From Candidatus Marinacidobacterales bacterium (GTDB lineage Bacteria > Acidobacteriota > Vicinamibacteria > Marinacidobacterales > DATDRI01), in assembly GCA_965219415.1 (NCBI GenBank), contig CBDCNP010000002.1, positions 128,001-192,000 on the forward strand: a DNA stretch of 64,000 nt, given 5' to 3'. Each line of letters starts with the position of its first letter. Within the stretch, counting starts at the first letter, position 1. Under the pieces are notes generated by a model. It saw only the letters and a program-made list of their open reading frames with translations, did no database searches and was not told the DNA's origin. Both the position numbers and the translations under genes were made by a program. Below, piece by piece: positions 38,781-47,750 of this stretch.

Positions 38781-40181
38781 ATGCACAAGCGCATGAAAAA
38801 GAGTGGTAGGAAGTCGAAGAATCTGTCGCCGCAATCGCTGCCGGTGACAAGGTCGAAGGTAGCAGGCATCGATATTGGCAGTCGTGAGCATTGGGTATGT
38901 GGGCCGGCCTTGTCGGACGGTAAAGTGAACGTGCGGGTGTTTTCCCCAACGACACCGTCTTTGAATCAAATGGGGGATTGGCTCATCGAGCAAGGAGTCG
39001 AATCGGTTGCGATGGAAAGCACTTACGTCTATTGGATTCCGATTTATGAGTTGCTTGAATCGCGGGGTCTTGAAGTGGTGCTGGTAAATGCTCGACAGTT
39101 AAAAAACGTCCCCGGGCGTAAAACCGATATGCATGACTGTCAGTGGCTGCAGCTGTTACACAGCTGTGGTCTGTTGCGAGGCTCGTTTCGTCCTGGTGAG
39201 TCGATCTGCCGCCTACGCTCGCTTCACCGACAGCGTTGCAGCCTCATCGAGCAGTGTAGTCGAGCTATTCAATGGATACAGAAATCTCTGGACCAAATGA
39301 ACGTTCAGGTCCATCGTGCAGTGACCGACATCACCGGCGTCACAGGCATGCTCATCGTGCGCGCCATCGTTGATGGTGAGCGTGACCCGTCAAAGCTGGC
39401 TGCATTTCGTGACCAACGCTGCAAGAAGAGCGAAGAGGAGATCGCCGAGCATCTTACCGGCACTTGGCGTGACGAGCATCTTTTCAACCTCGCATCGGCT
39501 CTGCGTCTCTACGATGCGCTACAAGCCGAAGTCGAACTGTTCGACCAGCGTATCCTTGAAGTGCTCATCGAAGTGCTCATCGAACTCCAGCCGCCACAAC
39601 GCAGACACCACAACGTGCCAGCTCATCCAAATCCGCAAAAACGATACGACATGCAGCATCGGGGCGAGAGCGAACTGCGCAACGAGCTGTGGCGTTTTGC
39701 TGGATGCGACCTCACCAGGATCGACGGAATCAGTCCAACCACCGCCGCCATTGTCCTCACCGAGATCGGATTCGACCTCTCTGATTTCCCCTTCGAAAAA
39801 TTCTTCGTCTCATGGCTACATCTCGCCCCACGTCGCCCTATCTCCGGCGGTAAACAACTCTCCAAACGCCGCAACGGCGCCGGCTCCAATCGCATCGCCG
39901 GTGCCTTACGTATGGCCGCTGTATCTCTCTCCCGCTCCAAGACCGCCCTAGGCGCTTACTATCGCCGCACTGCTCGCCGTAAAGATGGCAAAACCGCCGT
40001 CTTTGCTACAGCACGCAAGCTCGCCCAGCTCGTCTTCCGCATGCTCAAATATGGCCACGATTACATCGATATCGGCGAACGCGCCTTCGAAGACCGTTTT
40101 CGCCAAAACCACATCAACGGTTTACAAAAGGCAGCCGAAGCTCTCGGATACACCCTCACTCCCCAGGCTTCCGGAGGGTAG
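38781..40181 (+). CDS. IS110 recombinase/transposase, apparently intact
   Basis: DEDD RuvC-like motifs GIDIG, MESTYVYW, KTDMHDC; Tnp20 domain with ISGGK serine; ATARKLA; GAGG RBS before ATG 38781. Confidence 0.93.
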   Translation: MHKRMKKSGRKSKNLSPQSLPVTRSKVAGIDIGSREHWVCGPALSDGKVNVRVFSPTTPSLNQMGDWLIEQGVESVAMESTYVYWIPIYELLESRGLEVVLVNARQLKNVPGRKTDMHDCQWLQLLHSCGLLRGSFRPGESICRLRSLHRQRCSLIEQCSRAIQWIQKSLDQMNVQVHRAVTDITGVTGMLIVRAIVDGERDPSKLAAFRDQRCKKSEEEIAEHLTGTWRDEHLFNLASALRLYDALQAEVELFDQRILEVLIEVLIELQPPQRRHHNVPAHPNPQKRYDMQHRGESELRNELWRFAGCDLTRIDGISPTTAAIVLTEIGFDLSDFPFEKFFVSWLHLAPRRPISGGKQLSKRRNGAGSNRIAGALRMAAVSLSRSKTALGAYYRRTARRKDGKTAVFATARKLAQLVFRMLKYGHDYIDIGERAFEDRFRQNHINGLQKAAEALGYTLTPQASGG

Positions 40182-40237
40182 TTTCGGGTCAGGTTTTTTC
40201 CTGGGAGTTCGCGGTTGGGGGCCCGCGCGCACTAAGT

Positions 40238-40266
40238 TTGACCCGCTGACAAGACGGCGTTAGCAT
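40238..40266 (+). promoter_or_regulatory. Sigma70-type promoter, probably giving a leaderless transcript
   Basis: TTGACC-17 nt-TAGCAT, with ATG at 40274, 7 nt downstream. Confidence 0.5.
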
Positions 40267-40273
40267 GAATGTG

Positions 40274-40567
40274 ATGACCTCCTACCTGTTCAATCTCACC
40301 GTATGGCTTCAACAGAAACAAGGCGGCGTCACGTTCATCGACCTGAAGGACCCGAACCCAGACCCGAATTTGGCCTGGGTCATACTGACCACTTTTGTCG
40401 CGATCGGCGTGGCGCTTGCCGTGGCGATCGGAGTCGGTGCAGGATTCGGCCTCCTGCGCATCTGGGTCCGCAAGCGATTTCCCAACAATCGGCTGAACGG
40501 CACCGCGGCCGAGCCGATAACATTTCTCCACCTCGGTCAGGAAGAGCCGGAAGACGACGGTTCATAG
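40274..40567 (+). CDS. Small single-pass membrane protein of unknown function
   Basis: Hydrophobic segment LAWVILTTFVAIGVALAVAIGVGAGFGLL followed by a basic RIWVRKRFP patch. Confidence 0.6.
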   Translation: MTSYLFNLTVWLQQKQGGVTFIDLKDPNPDPNLAWVILTTFVAIGVALAVAIGVGAGFGLLRIWVRKRFPNNRLNGTAAEPITFLHLGQEEPEDDGS

Positions 40568-40589
40568 AGGATCGAAGCCAATCATTCTC

Positions 40590-40622
40590 CGTCACCCAGG
40601 CCCTCTCCCATAGGGAGAGGGA
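40590..40622. repeat. REP-like palindrome / possible bidirectional terminator between convergent genes
   Basis: TCACCCAGG-CCCTCTCCC-ATA-GGGAGAGGG. Confidence 0.6.
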
Positions 40623-40646
40623 TTACAGTATGGAAGCCAACTTCTT

Positions 40647-41246
40647 TTAGGCTTGCGAGATGAAGACGCGGGCGCGGAGGTCGCGAAGCCCAGGGCCAAG
40701 GGAAGTGCTCAACGTGGCTCCGTGCTCCACCCCGGCCGGAATTGAAAAGCCGACTCGACGGTAGCGCTTTACTTCACCCGTTCCATCGCAGTCCCAGCAC
40801 CAAACCATGAAGCCCTGGCCGGTCCCCTCGCAGGCGTCGCAATCCTCCCCAACCCGGACTTCGAAGCTGAGCGTCCCTCCCTGCCGCGCCTCCTCCGGAG
40901 AGAGCACGATCTCCGCGACAGAATCGGTGGCGCGGCTCCGGCGTCCCCATCGCGGGCGCTTCGGTGTCGAAAGAGGCTCTAACCAGAGCTCGGTCACCGA
41001 ACCCGCCTCTCCACCGTAGGCGACCGGGATTTCAACCCCGAAGGTGAGATCGTAGGCCCGCTTTTTGTGGGGACTGGCCAAAATCTCGTAGGCTTCTTGG
41101 ATGTCGCGAAACCGCTCGACGTCGGCAGTACCCTCGACGTCGGGATGGAACTGTCGAGCCAGACCGCGGTAGGCGCTCTTGATGTCCTCTAGAGAGGCCG
41201 CGGCGGTCACGCCCAGAATGACGTAGTAGTTCTTGGGTGTGCTCAT
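40647..41246 (-). CDS. J-domain protein with partial DnaJ zinc finger
   Basis: NYYVILGV...IKSAYRGLARQFHPD; two CxxCxGxG repeats (CDACEGTG, CWDCDGTG). Confidence 0.85.
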   Translation of the reverse strand: MSTPKNYYVILGVTAAASLEDIKSAYRGLARQFHPDVEGTADVERFRDIQEAYEILASPHKKRAYDLTFGVEIPVAYGGEAGSVTELWLEPLSTPKRPRWGRRSRATDSVAEIVLSPEEARQGGTLSFEVRVGEDCDACEGTGQGFMVWCWDCDGTGEVKRYRRVGFSIPAGVEHGATLSTSLGPGLRDLRARVFISQA

Positions 41247-43375
41247 CCAGACCCTACGCCGGCTCGAACGAGATGGTATCCCGCCACTTTGTTCCGGCCG
41301 GTTTCCTTGGCGAAATATAGAGCTCGGTCGGCGTTCTCGACCAGACTCTCTGCCGTCTCGGCATCGTCGGGCAGGAGCGCCCAGCCGACGCTCGCGGTGA
41401 CGCGATGCGAACCGCCCCCGGGATGAATCCGCGCCGAACCGATCGCTTTCCAGATGCGTTGAGCGAACTCCTGCGCACCGTCGTAGGTGGCGTGGGAGAG
41501 CAACACCACGAACTCCTCACCACCATAGCGTGCTAAGACGTCCCCCTTGCGTAAGGTCCCCTGAAGGACGTCGGCAATTTTTTTCAGCACCGCGTCACCC
41601 AAGGCATGCCCATATGTGTCGTTCAAGTCCTTGAAGTGGTCGATGTCCAAGAGCATCAATGCGATGCTGCTGGCGCCGCGGTCCGCACGCGACATCTCCC
41701 GCTCCAGAGCCTGCTGGAAGTAACGGCGATTGAAGAGACCGGTCAAGGCATCGGTGGCCGCCATTTGCTCCACTCGTCCGTAAACGCGCGCATTCTCTAG
41801 CGCAATCGCAGCCTGGTTGCAGAGAACGCGCACCAACCTCACTTCGTTCGAGGAAAACGGCCTTCGTTTGCGAGTGAGCAAGAGGGCACCGGAAACGCGA
41901 TTCTTGGCTAGAAGCGGCATGCCCAGGAAACCCGCTCCTAAATGGATGCCCTCGCCGGGGTATAAGACCGGCATCCCGGTGCGAAGCTGAAAGCGTATCG
42001 TCTGCGGCTCTTCCTGAGCTCTCAGGATCCAACCCGCCCAGGTGCGTGCACTCAAAGGAAACTGCGACCCTCGAACCTTTTGAGGATAGCCCTCCGCGAC
42101 CGGCACCGAGAAGGCATCTTCTCCCTCTTCGCACAGGCAGATCGCACAGGTCTCGAACTCGGTCACCTCGCCGCAGAAGCTCACGATCTCTTCGAGGGTT
42201 TGCTCTACCCGAAGTCCTTGCGCCAGCGACGCGCTCGCCTGGTAGAGCCGACGTAATTCGTTCGAGAGGATATCGAGCTCGGACAGGTGCCGGGTCGACG
42301 ACAGCCATTGGCGCATTTGTTCCGCAAACTCTCGGGCGAGCTGCTGGCGTCCTTCGTCGAAATGACCGGGCTCGTCGTGATCCATGACGAGGATCCATTG
42401 CGGTCCGTCGTGATCGCGAAAGGGAACGGCGATCAAAGAGTGAAGTTGTGGTTGCGCGGCGGGTCCGGATTTGTGGAAGTACCAAGGAAGAGAAGGTAGC
42501 GGCCGTCTCTTCTCCGTCATCGAAAGCACTCGCTCTTCACGGAGAACATCGCTCAGGAGACCTCCCACGAGAGAAACGCGTTGACCGGTCTTCTCCGCGG
42601 CCGGCCCCGATGCCAATCGAACAATGAACCCCGTCGTGCCGGGATCGGCTCGCAAGAGAAACGCACTGTACGACTCGGTCGTTTTCCGGACCAGTTCCAA
42701 GAGCGCACCCAATCGGCTATCGAGGGCCCGCACGTACTCCACCCGCCCGAGTCGTTTGCCCAGCTCCGAAAGAGGCGAGGTGGTCTCCACTTCCTCGTCC
42801 CGATCATCTCCCTCGTCTCGCTCGAGCTCTTGAAGTCCTTGATTGAGCCGCATGAGCTCTTCTTCTACTCGCCGTGACTTTCGTCGTTTGGTCCACTCTA
42901 GAAAACCAATCCCGGCCGCAGCGACAAAGGCCAAGCCGAGCAGACGAATCAAATCCAGGAGCCCGGCAGCGGGATGGACCGCCCAGTTCGAGATCTCCAA
43001 CAAGAAGACAACCCCGACCAGGGCGGCGACGGAGCGCGGCGAATAGGCAACCGCGGTGAAGCCCGCCAAAATGAGGTAGAGCGCCTGCCACGGTGAGTGG
43101 AGGCCGCCGGTGAGCTGAACCACGAAGTTCACGGCGATGGCCAAGACCGCCAAGAGCACGAACTCGTTCCATGCGCCGGTGCGTTTGGACGCGAAGCGAA
43201 GCGATGTAACCGCGAGACCGGTGAGGAGGAACACTAGGAACAAGGCGCGCCACAGTCCGCCACCGCTCCGGGGGTCGAGTAGTGTCCAAGATAGAGTCTG
43301 ATCCGAGAACAGACCGGCCGCCCCCAAAGCGAGGAGCGCCACCAGCATCGCTACGGTCAGTGTCGCTCGACGCAC
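41243..43375 (-). CDS. Membrane diguanylate cyclase (TM - GAF - GAF - GGDEF)
   Basis: TDALTGLFNRR, LDIDHFKDLNDTYGH, RKGD I-site, ARYGGEEF. Confidence 0.93.
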   Translation of the reverse strand: MRRATLTVAMLVALLALGAAGLFSDQTLSWTLLDPRSGGGLWRALFLVFLLTGLAVTSLRFASKRTGAWNEFVLLAVLAIAVNFVVQLTGGLHSPWQALYLILAGFTAVAYSPRSVAALVGVVFLLEISNWAVHPAAGLLDLIRLLGLAFVAAAGIGFLEWTKRRKSRRVEEELMRLNQGLQELERDEGDDRDEEVETTSPLSELGKRLGRVEYVRALDSRLGALLELVRKTTESYSAFLLRADPGTTGFIVRLASGPAAEKTGQRVSLVGGLLSDVLREERVLSMTEKRRPLPSLPWYFHKSGPAAQPQLHSLIAVPFRDHDGPQWILVMDHDEPGHFDEGRQQLAREFAEQMRQWLSSTRHLSELDILSNELRRLYQASASLAQGLRVEQTLEEIVSFCGEVTEFETCAICLCEEGEDAFSVPVAEGYPQKVRGSQFPLSARTWAGWILRAQEEPQTIRFQLRTGMPVLYPGEGIHLGAGFLGMPLLAKNRVSGALLLTRKRRPFSSNEVRLVRVLCNQAAIALENARVYGRVEQMAATDALTGLFNRRYFQQALEREMSRADRGASSIALMLLDIDHFKDLNDTYGHALGDAVLKKIADVLQGTLRKGDVLARYGGEEFVVLLSHATYDGAQEFAQRIWKAIGSARIHPGGGSHRVTASVGWALLPDDAETAESLVENADRALYFAKETGRNKVAGYHLVRAGVGSG

Positions 43376-43381
43376 GATCGC

Positions 43382-44200
43382 TCAGGACCTCCGCTCTCTA
43401 TCTGACGACGGCGCGGACACGGCATCTAAACAAAAGGATAGCGAGCTCGCCAAAGAGCGCGCGAGTCGATTGACGAGCGGTAGAGTGTCGAACGCCATCG
43501 CTCGTTCCACCTCCTCGCGAACTACCTCCGCATCATCCAACCGCAGAAAAAACGGGGGATAGCGATCCGCGAATGCGAAGAAACTCAAGAGAAGGTGTCC
43601 GGTTCGGAAGTTACCATGCTCAAACGGCGAGATTTCCAACAACCGCGCGAATGCGAGGGCCGCCCTTTCGGGAGAATGCATGCCTCGCCCGCTGTCGACG
43701 CTGAGCCAGTCGCAAAGATTCCCGATTTTGTCTGAAATGAGATCCGGGCGCGAAGGTGGAGAACCGGCGAACTGCGCCGGAGCCGGCTCCGTGCGATAGT
43801 CTCCGTTGGAGTCAGGGGTGGAGAGGCGATGGACCTCGCGGAGGAGACTCTCGGTCAGCTCAGGGGTCGACTCGGCCCTCTCCCGAATGGCGCCGAGCGC
43901 CCGGAGCTGCCCCCGAATGAGGTCGGCGCTGTCGCTCCGTCCCGGGTCCCCTTCGGTGCCCCCGGCCTGCACGTCCGCGATCGCTTGTCTCGCCACGGGT
44001 GCCCCGGTCAAACGAAGGGTCTCGAAAACACACTCTCCAAGCAGCTTTTCGAGGCTATCCGCAAATTTCTCTGGCCGCTCGGCGGCTCGGCGCAGCAGCG
44101 TGTCTCTTTGACGTCCCAAGGCAAGGCCGTGAGTATCGCTCCGATCGGGGTACAGCGGTAGGTTCTGCATGACGCCGCGGGTCCGCTCCAATTCAGTCAC
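43382..44200 (-). CDS. Fic/Doc-like protein with degenerate active-site motif
   Basis: LREVHRL...GDYR, ERAALAFARLLEISPFEHGNFRTGHLL (canonical HPFxDGNGRxxR). Confidence 0.75.
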   Translation of the reverse strand: MTELERTRGVMQNLPLYPDRSDTHGLALGRQRDTLLRRAAERPEKFADSLEKLLGECVFETLRLTGAPVARQAIADVQAGGTEGDPGRSDSADLIRGQLRALGAIRERAESTPELTESLLREVHRLSTPDSNGDYRTEPAPAQFAGSPPSRPDLISDKIGNLCDWLSVDSGRGMHSPERAALAFARLLEISPFEHGNFRTGHLLLSFFAFADRYPPFFLRLDDAEVVREEVERAMAFDTLPLVNRLARSLASSLSFCLDAVSAPSSDRERRS

Positions 44201-44448
44201 CGATACCGATTGCTTTGTCCGTGATTGTACCTCACAGTTGGCGCGGAAACCACACGGAGCAGGCGAGATAGGGGGATATTCGAGACGAGAGCCCGCCCGA
44301 GGCCGCGTCTTGCGACGGGATGAGGAAGGGATTGCGGAGTAGCCTGGCTTGGGTATTTAGCCAGTTAGTACATCTCTCGGTTAGGGCGACGAGCTCTCAT
44401 CCCGAATGAATCCTACGCCACGAACGATATCGAATTCTGTAAGGTGGC

Positions 44449-44770
44449 TCACGGAGCGACCGGAAACACGAGCAGCAGGTCTTCGAAGTGTTCGATCACG
44501 TGCAGGCGCTCGTCTTCCGCAACCTCTTCGTGCTCTAGCTAGCGTGTCACGCAACGACCTCGCAAAACATTGTGAGCCGTACCCGTAGAGCGGAACGTTC
44601 TTCCTCTCTACCGCGGTCAGGTGCTGCCGCGCCGGTTTCTTGCCGACCCCTCGCGCTTCGACGAGCTCCAGGAAGCGATCCGTCGCCTTTTCGTAGAAAA
44701 TGTTGTTCTCCCAAAGGGTGTCGTCGGTATCGATAATGAGCGTTTCGTCTTTGGCGGGCTTCAATTCCAA
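44449..44770 (-). pseudogene. HAD-family hydrolase with an internal deletion
   Basis: N-terminal IIDTDDTLWENN...YGYGSQCF joined at CTAGCTAG (44535-44542) to an out-of-frame C-terminal EHEEVAEDERLHVIEHFEDLLLVF; the middle HAD motifs are absent. Confidence 0.7.
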
Positions 44771-44791
44771 TGTCTTTCCTCAGTAGTCTTG

Positions 44792-45646
44792 TCAGTGTTC
44801 CGGCTGGCCACCGTCGGATGGTTTTGCAGCCGCGTCGATCGCATTACGAGCCGCCTCGAAATGGCTTCCCATCTTGGCATGGGCTAGATCGGCGCGCGCT
44901 TCTTTGAGACGGCGCTCCATCTCGACCACGGCTTCCATCAACATGTCGGCGTTGCTCGAGAAGATGTCGTCCCAGATAGCGGCGGAGCTCCCCGCGAGGC
45001 GAGACAAGCTACGAAAGACGGGTCCACCGAGCTCGGTGCCTCGCTCGACCGACGCTGCCTGCTCGCACAGGACGAGAGCGAGGATCTGCGGTAACTGACT
45101 GACCACCGCGACCGCCCGATCATGTGTAGCGGCATCCACCGTAATCGGTTCGCCTCCCACCGCTCGAACGATCTCGCGGAGATCGGAGAGGCCTGATGAT
45201 TCATTGGACATCCTTGGGACGAGCGCCCAGGCCGCGCCTCGAAACAAATCGGGCTCGGCCGCCTGCAGTCCGGAGGTCGCCTTCCCCGCCATCGGGTGGC
45301 CTCCGACGAAGTTGACTTCGTCCGCGAGCGTTTCCGCGGCCGCCATGACGTTTCTCTTGGTGCTCCCCAAATCCGTCACCAAGGAGCCAGGTCGAAATGT
45401 CGACGCGAGCTCACCTATTTGTTCGACGATCGTCGCAACCTGGGCTCCCAAGACGACGACGTCGGCATCTCGAACCGCCCTTTCCGCGTCCACCTCCGTC
45501 TCGTCGACGAGCGAACGCCTACGAGCCTCTTCCAGGACGTCGGGTGCATCATTACCCACCAAGACCCAGTCCGGCCGAGCACGCTTCAACGCCATGGCCA
45601 GGGAGCCACCCATGAGCCCGAGTCCAACAAAGGCGACGCGCTTCAT
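44792..45646 (-). CDS. tyrA: Prephenate/arogenate dehydrogenase
   Basis: GLGLMGGSLA, TDLGSTK, GGHPMAG, HDRAVAVVSQLP, WDDIF. Confidence 0.92.
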   Translation of the reverse strand: MKRVAFVGLGLMGGSLAMALKRARPDWVLVGNDAPDVLEEARRRSLVDETEVDAERAVRDADVVVLGAQVATIVEQIGELASTFRPGSLVTDLGSTKRNVMAAAETLADEVNFVGGHPMAGKATSGLQAAEPDLFRGAAWALVPRMSNESSGLSDLREIVRAVGGEPITVDAATHDRAVAVVSQLPQILALVLCEQAASVERGTELGGPVFRSLSRLAGSSAAIWDDIFSSNADMLMEAVVEMERRLKEARADLAHAKMGSHFEAARNAIDAAAKPSDGGQPEH

Positions 45647-45653
45647 CGATCCA

Positions 45654-46712
45654 TCATTCGGCGGGTCGACGCTCGCTCGAATGCTCCACCGGTGACGTCA
45701 CGGAACGTCCAATAGCGGTGGCGATGATGCGTATCTCTTCCATGAGCCCTTGGAATTGCTCGGGGTACAGAGATTGCGCGCCATCCGAGAGGGCCTGGTC
45801 CGGATGATTGTGGACTTCAATGAGTAGCCCGTCGGCACCGGCGGCCACCGCGGCGCGCGCCATCGGCACCACCTTTTCCCTTCGGCCGGTGCCGTGGCTC
45901 GGATCGACGATGATCGGCAAGTGCGAAAGTTTCTCGATGATAGGGATGGCAGATAGATCGAGTGTATTCCGGGTGTATCTTTCGAAGGTGCGAATACCTC
46001 GCTCGCAGAGGATCACCTGATGGTTGCCTCCAACCATCACATACTCTGCAGAGAGAAGCCATTCTTCGATGGTCGCGGAGAGGCCACGCTTGAGCAATAC
46101 CGGTTTGTCCACTTTCCCCAGTTCCTTGAGCATGATGAAGTTTTGCATGTTGCGGGCGCCCACCTGAAGAATGTCAACGTATTGGGCGACCAACGGGATG
46201 TGCGTCGTATCCATGACCTCGGAGATCATGAGCATCCCGTTCTCGTCCGCCGCCTCACGTAGGTACTTCAAGCCCTCTTCCCCCAGGCCCTGAAAACTAT
46301 AAGGCGACGTCCGCGGCTTGAAGGCTCCCCCCCGGAGGAAGGTCGCTCCCATTTCCCGCACGCTCGCCGCGATCTCCCTGATTTGATCGCGACTCTCGAC
46401 CGAGCACGGGCCGGCCATGGCCACGACCTCCTCCCCGCCGATGGTCACGTCCCCGATGCGCACGATGGTGTCTTCGCGTTTGAAGGTGCGCCCGGCGAGC
46501 TTGTAGGGCTCGCTGATCCGCACCACCTCCCGCACTCCCACTAGCACCTCGAGGTCGCGGGGGTCCGCCGCGGTTTTCGGAATACCGACAGCCCCTAGAA
46601 CCGTGCGCGTCTCACCGGTCGAACGATGGATGTCATAGCCCCATTCGGTCAGACGCTCGATGACGTTTTGGATGTCTTTCTCTTTAGCGCTGTGCTCCAT
46701 TATGATGACCAT
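45654..46712 (-). CDS. aroF: DAHP synthase (type I-beta, N-terminal ferredoxin-like/ACT domain)
   Basis: AGPCSVES, RGGAFKPRTSPYSFQGLG, QVGARNMQN, CERGIRTFE, DPSHGTG. Confidence 0.96.
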   Translation of the reverse strand: MVIIMEHSAKEKDIQNVIERLTEWGYDIHRSTGETRTVLGAVGIPKTAADPRDLEVLVGVREVVRISEPYKLAGRTFKREDTIVRIGDVTIGGEEVVAMAGPCSVESRDQIREIAASVREMGATFLRGGAFKPRTSPYSFQGLGEEGLKYLREAADENGMLMISEVMDTTHIPLVAQYVDILQVGARNMQNFIMLKELGKVDKPVLLKRGLSATIEEWLLSAEYVMVGGNHQVILCERGIRTFERYTRNTLDLSAIPIIEKLSHLPIIVDPSHGTGRREKVVPMARAAVAAGADGLLIEVHNHPDQALSDGAQSLYPEQFQGLMEEIRIIATAIGRSVTSPVEHSSERRPAE

Positions 46713-46727
46713 GATCTTCCCTACCTC

Positions 46728-47102
46728 CTACTTCTTAACCTTCTTGCGGCTGGGCCTTTTCTTTTTTCGTGCGCGGGTAGGCCTCTTCGTTGGTTTACTT
46801 CCCTCCGGCCTGGGACCCGCACTGCAAACAACTCGCTCCGTGCTCCGCGACTCGTCGATGATCCGCTCGAATAGACGGCGAACCGACTCTTCGTTCAAGG
46901 GCCCATCGTTCGCACTCGTGACTCGCTTGAGGATCTGAACCTCGCGACTCGGCACGTAAATCTCCATATCGTGGGCTCGCTTGATCCAACCGATCTCGAT
47001 CGAGCAGTTCGCCCGCTCGTTCAACAGAACCAGCAGCCGGTCGTCTAGCGCATCGATCCGTTGGCGCCAACTGCCGACCGCAGCCTTGACTTTGCTTCCC
47101 AT
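46728..47102 (-). CDS. Chorismate mutase (AroQ/CM_2) with a basic C-terminal tail
   Basis: WRQRIDALDDRLLVLLNERA...IYVPSRE...GPLNEESVRRLFERIIDESR. Confidence 0.9.
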   Translation of the reverse strand: MGSKVKAAVGSWRQRIDALDDRLLVLLNERANCSIEIGWIKRAHDMEIYVPSREVQILKRVTSANDGPLNEESVRRLFERIIDESRSTERVVCSAGPRPEGSKPTKRPTRARKKKRPSRKKVKK

Positions 47103-47104
47103 CT

Positions 47105-47743
47105 TCAACGCCTTCGCCGCTTCAGCTCTTGCCCCACAGCTGCCGGGGACACCCCGGCTTGCTCCCACAGCACCAGAAGGTGATAAAGAAGATCTGCCGA
47201 CTCTCGGCATAGCTCATCAGGGTCGTTGTTCTTTCCGGCGATGATCACTTCGGCCGCTTCTTCGCCGACCTTCTTCGCAATGCGGTCCACTCCCCCCTCG
47301 AAGAGGCGGGTGGTATAGGAGCCCTCGGGGCGCTTTTTCCGTCGGTCGCGAATCAGCGCCGCCAGCTCGCCTATCGTCTCCGAGAAAACCGTCTCACCCG
47401 GATTCTCAGAGTCGGACACCAATGGAGTGAAGAAGCAGCTGGTCTCCCCGGTGTGGCACGCCGGGCCCTCGAGCTGGACGCGCACCAGCAAAGAGTCCTG
47501 ATCACAATCGGCTATCACTTCGATCACCTTCATCACGTGACCCGACGTCGCTCCTTTTCGCCACAGCTCGTTACGACTTCGTGACCAAAAGTGCACCGCA
47601 CCGGTCTCGAGGGTCTCGTCGAGGCTTTCTTGGTTCATGCAAGCCACCATCAACACGCGGCCACTAGTAGCGTTTTGAACCACGGCGGGTATGAGCCCCT
47701 TGTCATCGAACTTAAGGCTTTCGACCTTGGTCTTTTTCGACAT
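47105..47743 (-). CDS. hisIE: Bifunctional phosphoribosyl-AMP cyclohydrolase / phosphoribosyl-ATP pyrophosphatase
   Basis: WSRSRNELWRKGATSG, DCDQD, CHTGETSCF, KKVGEEAAE, ADLLYHLLV. Confidence 0.96.
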   Translation of the reverse strand: MSKKTKVESLKFDDKGLIPAVVQNATSGRVLMVACMNQESLDETLETGAVHFWSRSRNELWRKGATSGHVMKVIEVIADCDQDSLLVRVQLEGPACHTGETSCFFTPLVSDSENPGETVFSETIGELAALIRDRRKKRPEGSYTTRLFEGGVDRIAKKVGEEAAEVIIAGKNNDPDELCRESADLLYHLLVLWEQAGVSPAAVGQELKRRRR

Positions 47744-47750
47744 GAGTTGC

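Larger units (their letters stand above)
38554..40193 (+). mobile_element. IS110-family element with TCAGG core at both ends and 9-bp subterminal inverted repeats
   Basis: TCAGG at 38554-38558 and 40189-40193; GAAACTACC 38562-38570 / GGTAGTTTC 40177-40185; ~210-nt left non-coding end. Confidence 0.88.

Noticed and set aside
44201-44448. Possible ncRNA between the Fic-like and HAD genes
   Set aside because: Only a short hairpin and a TACAAT -10-like box are visible; no recognisable RNA family.
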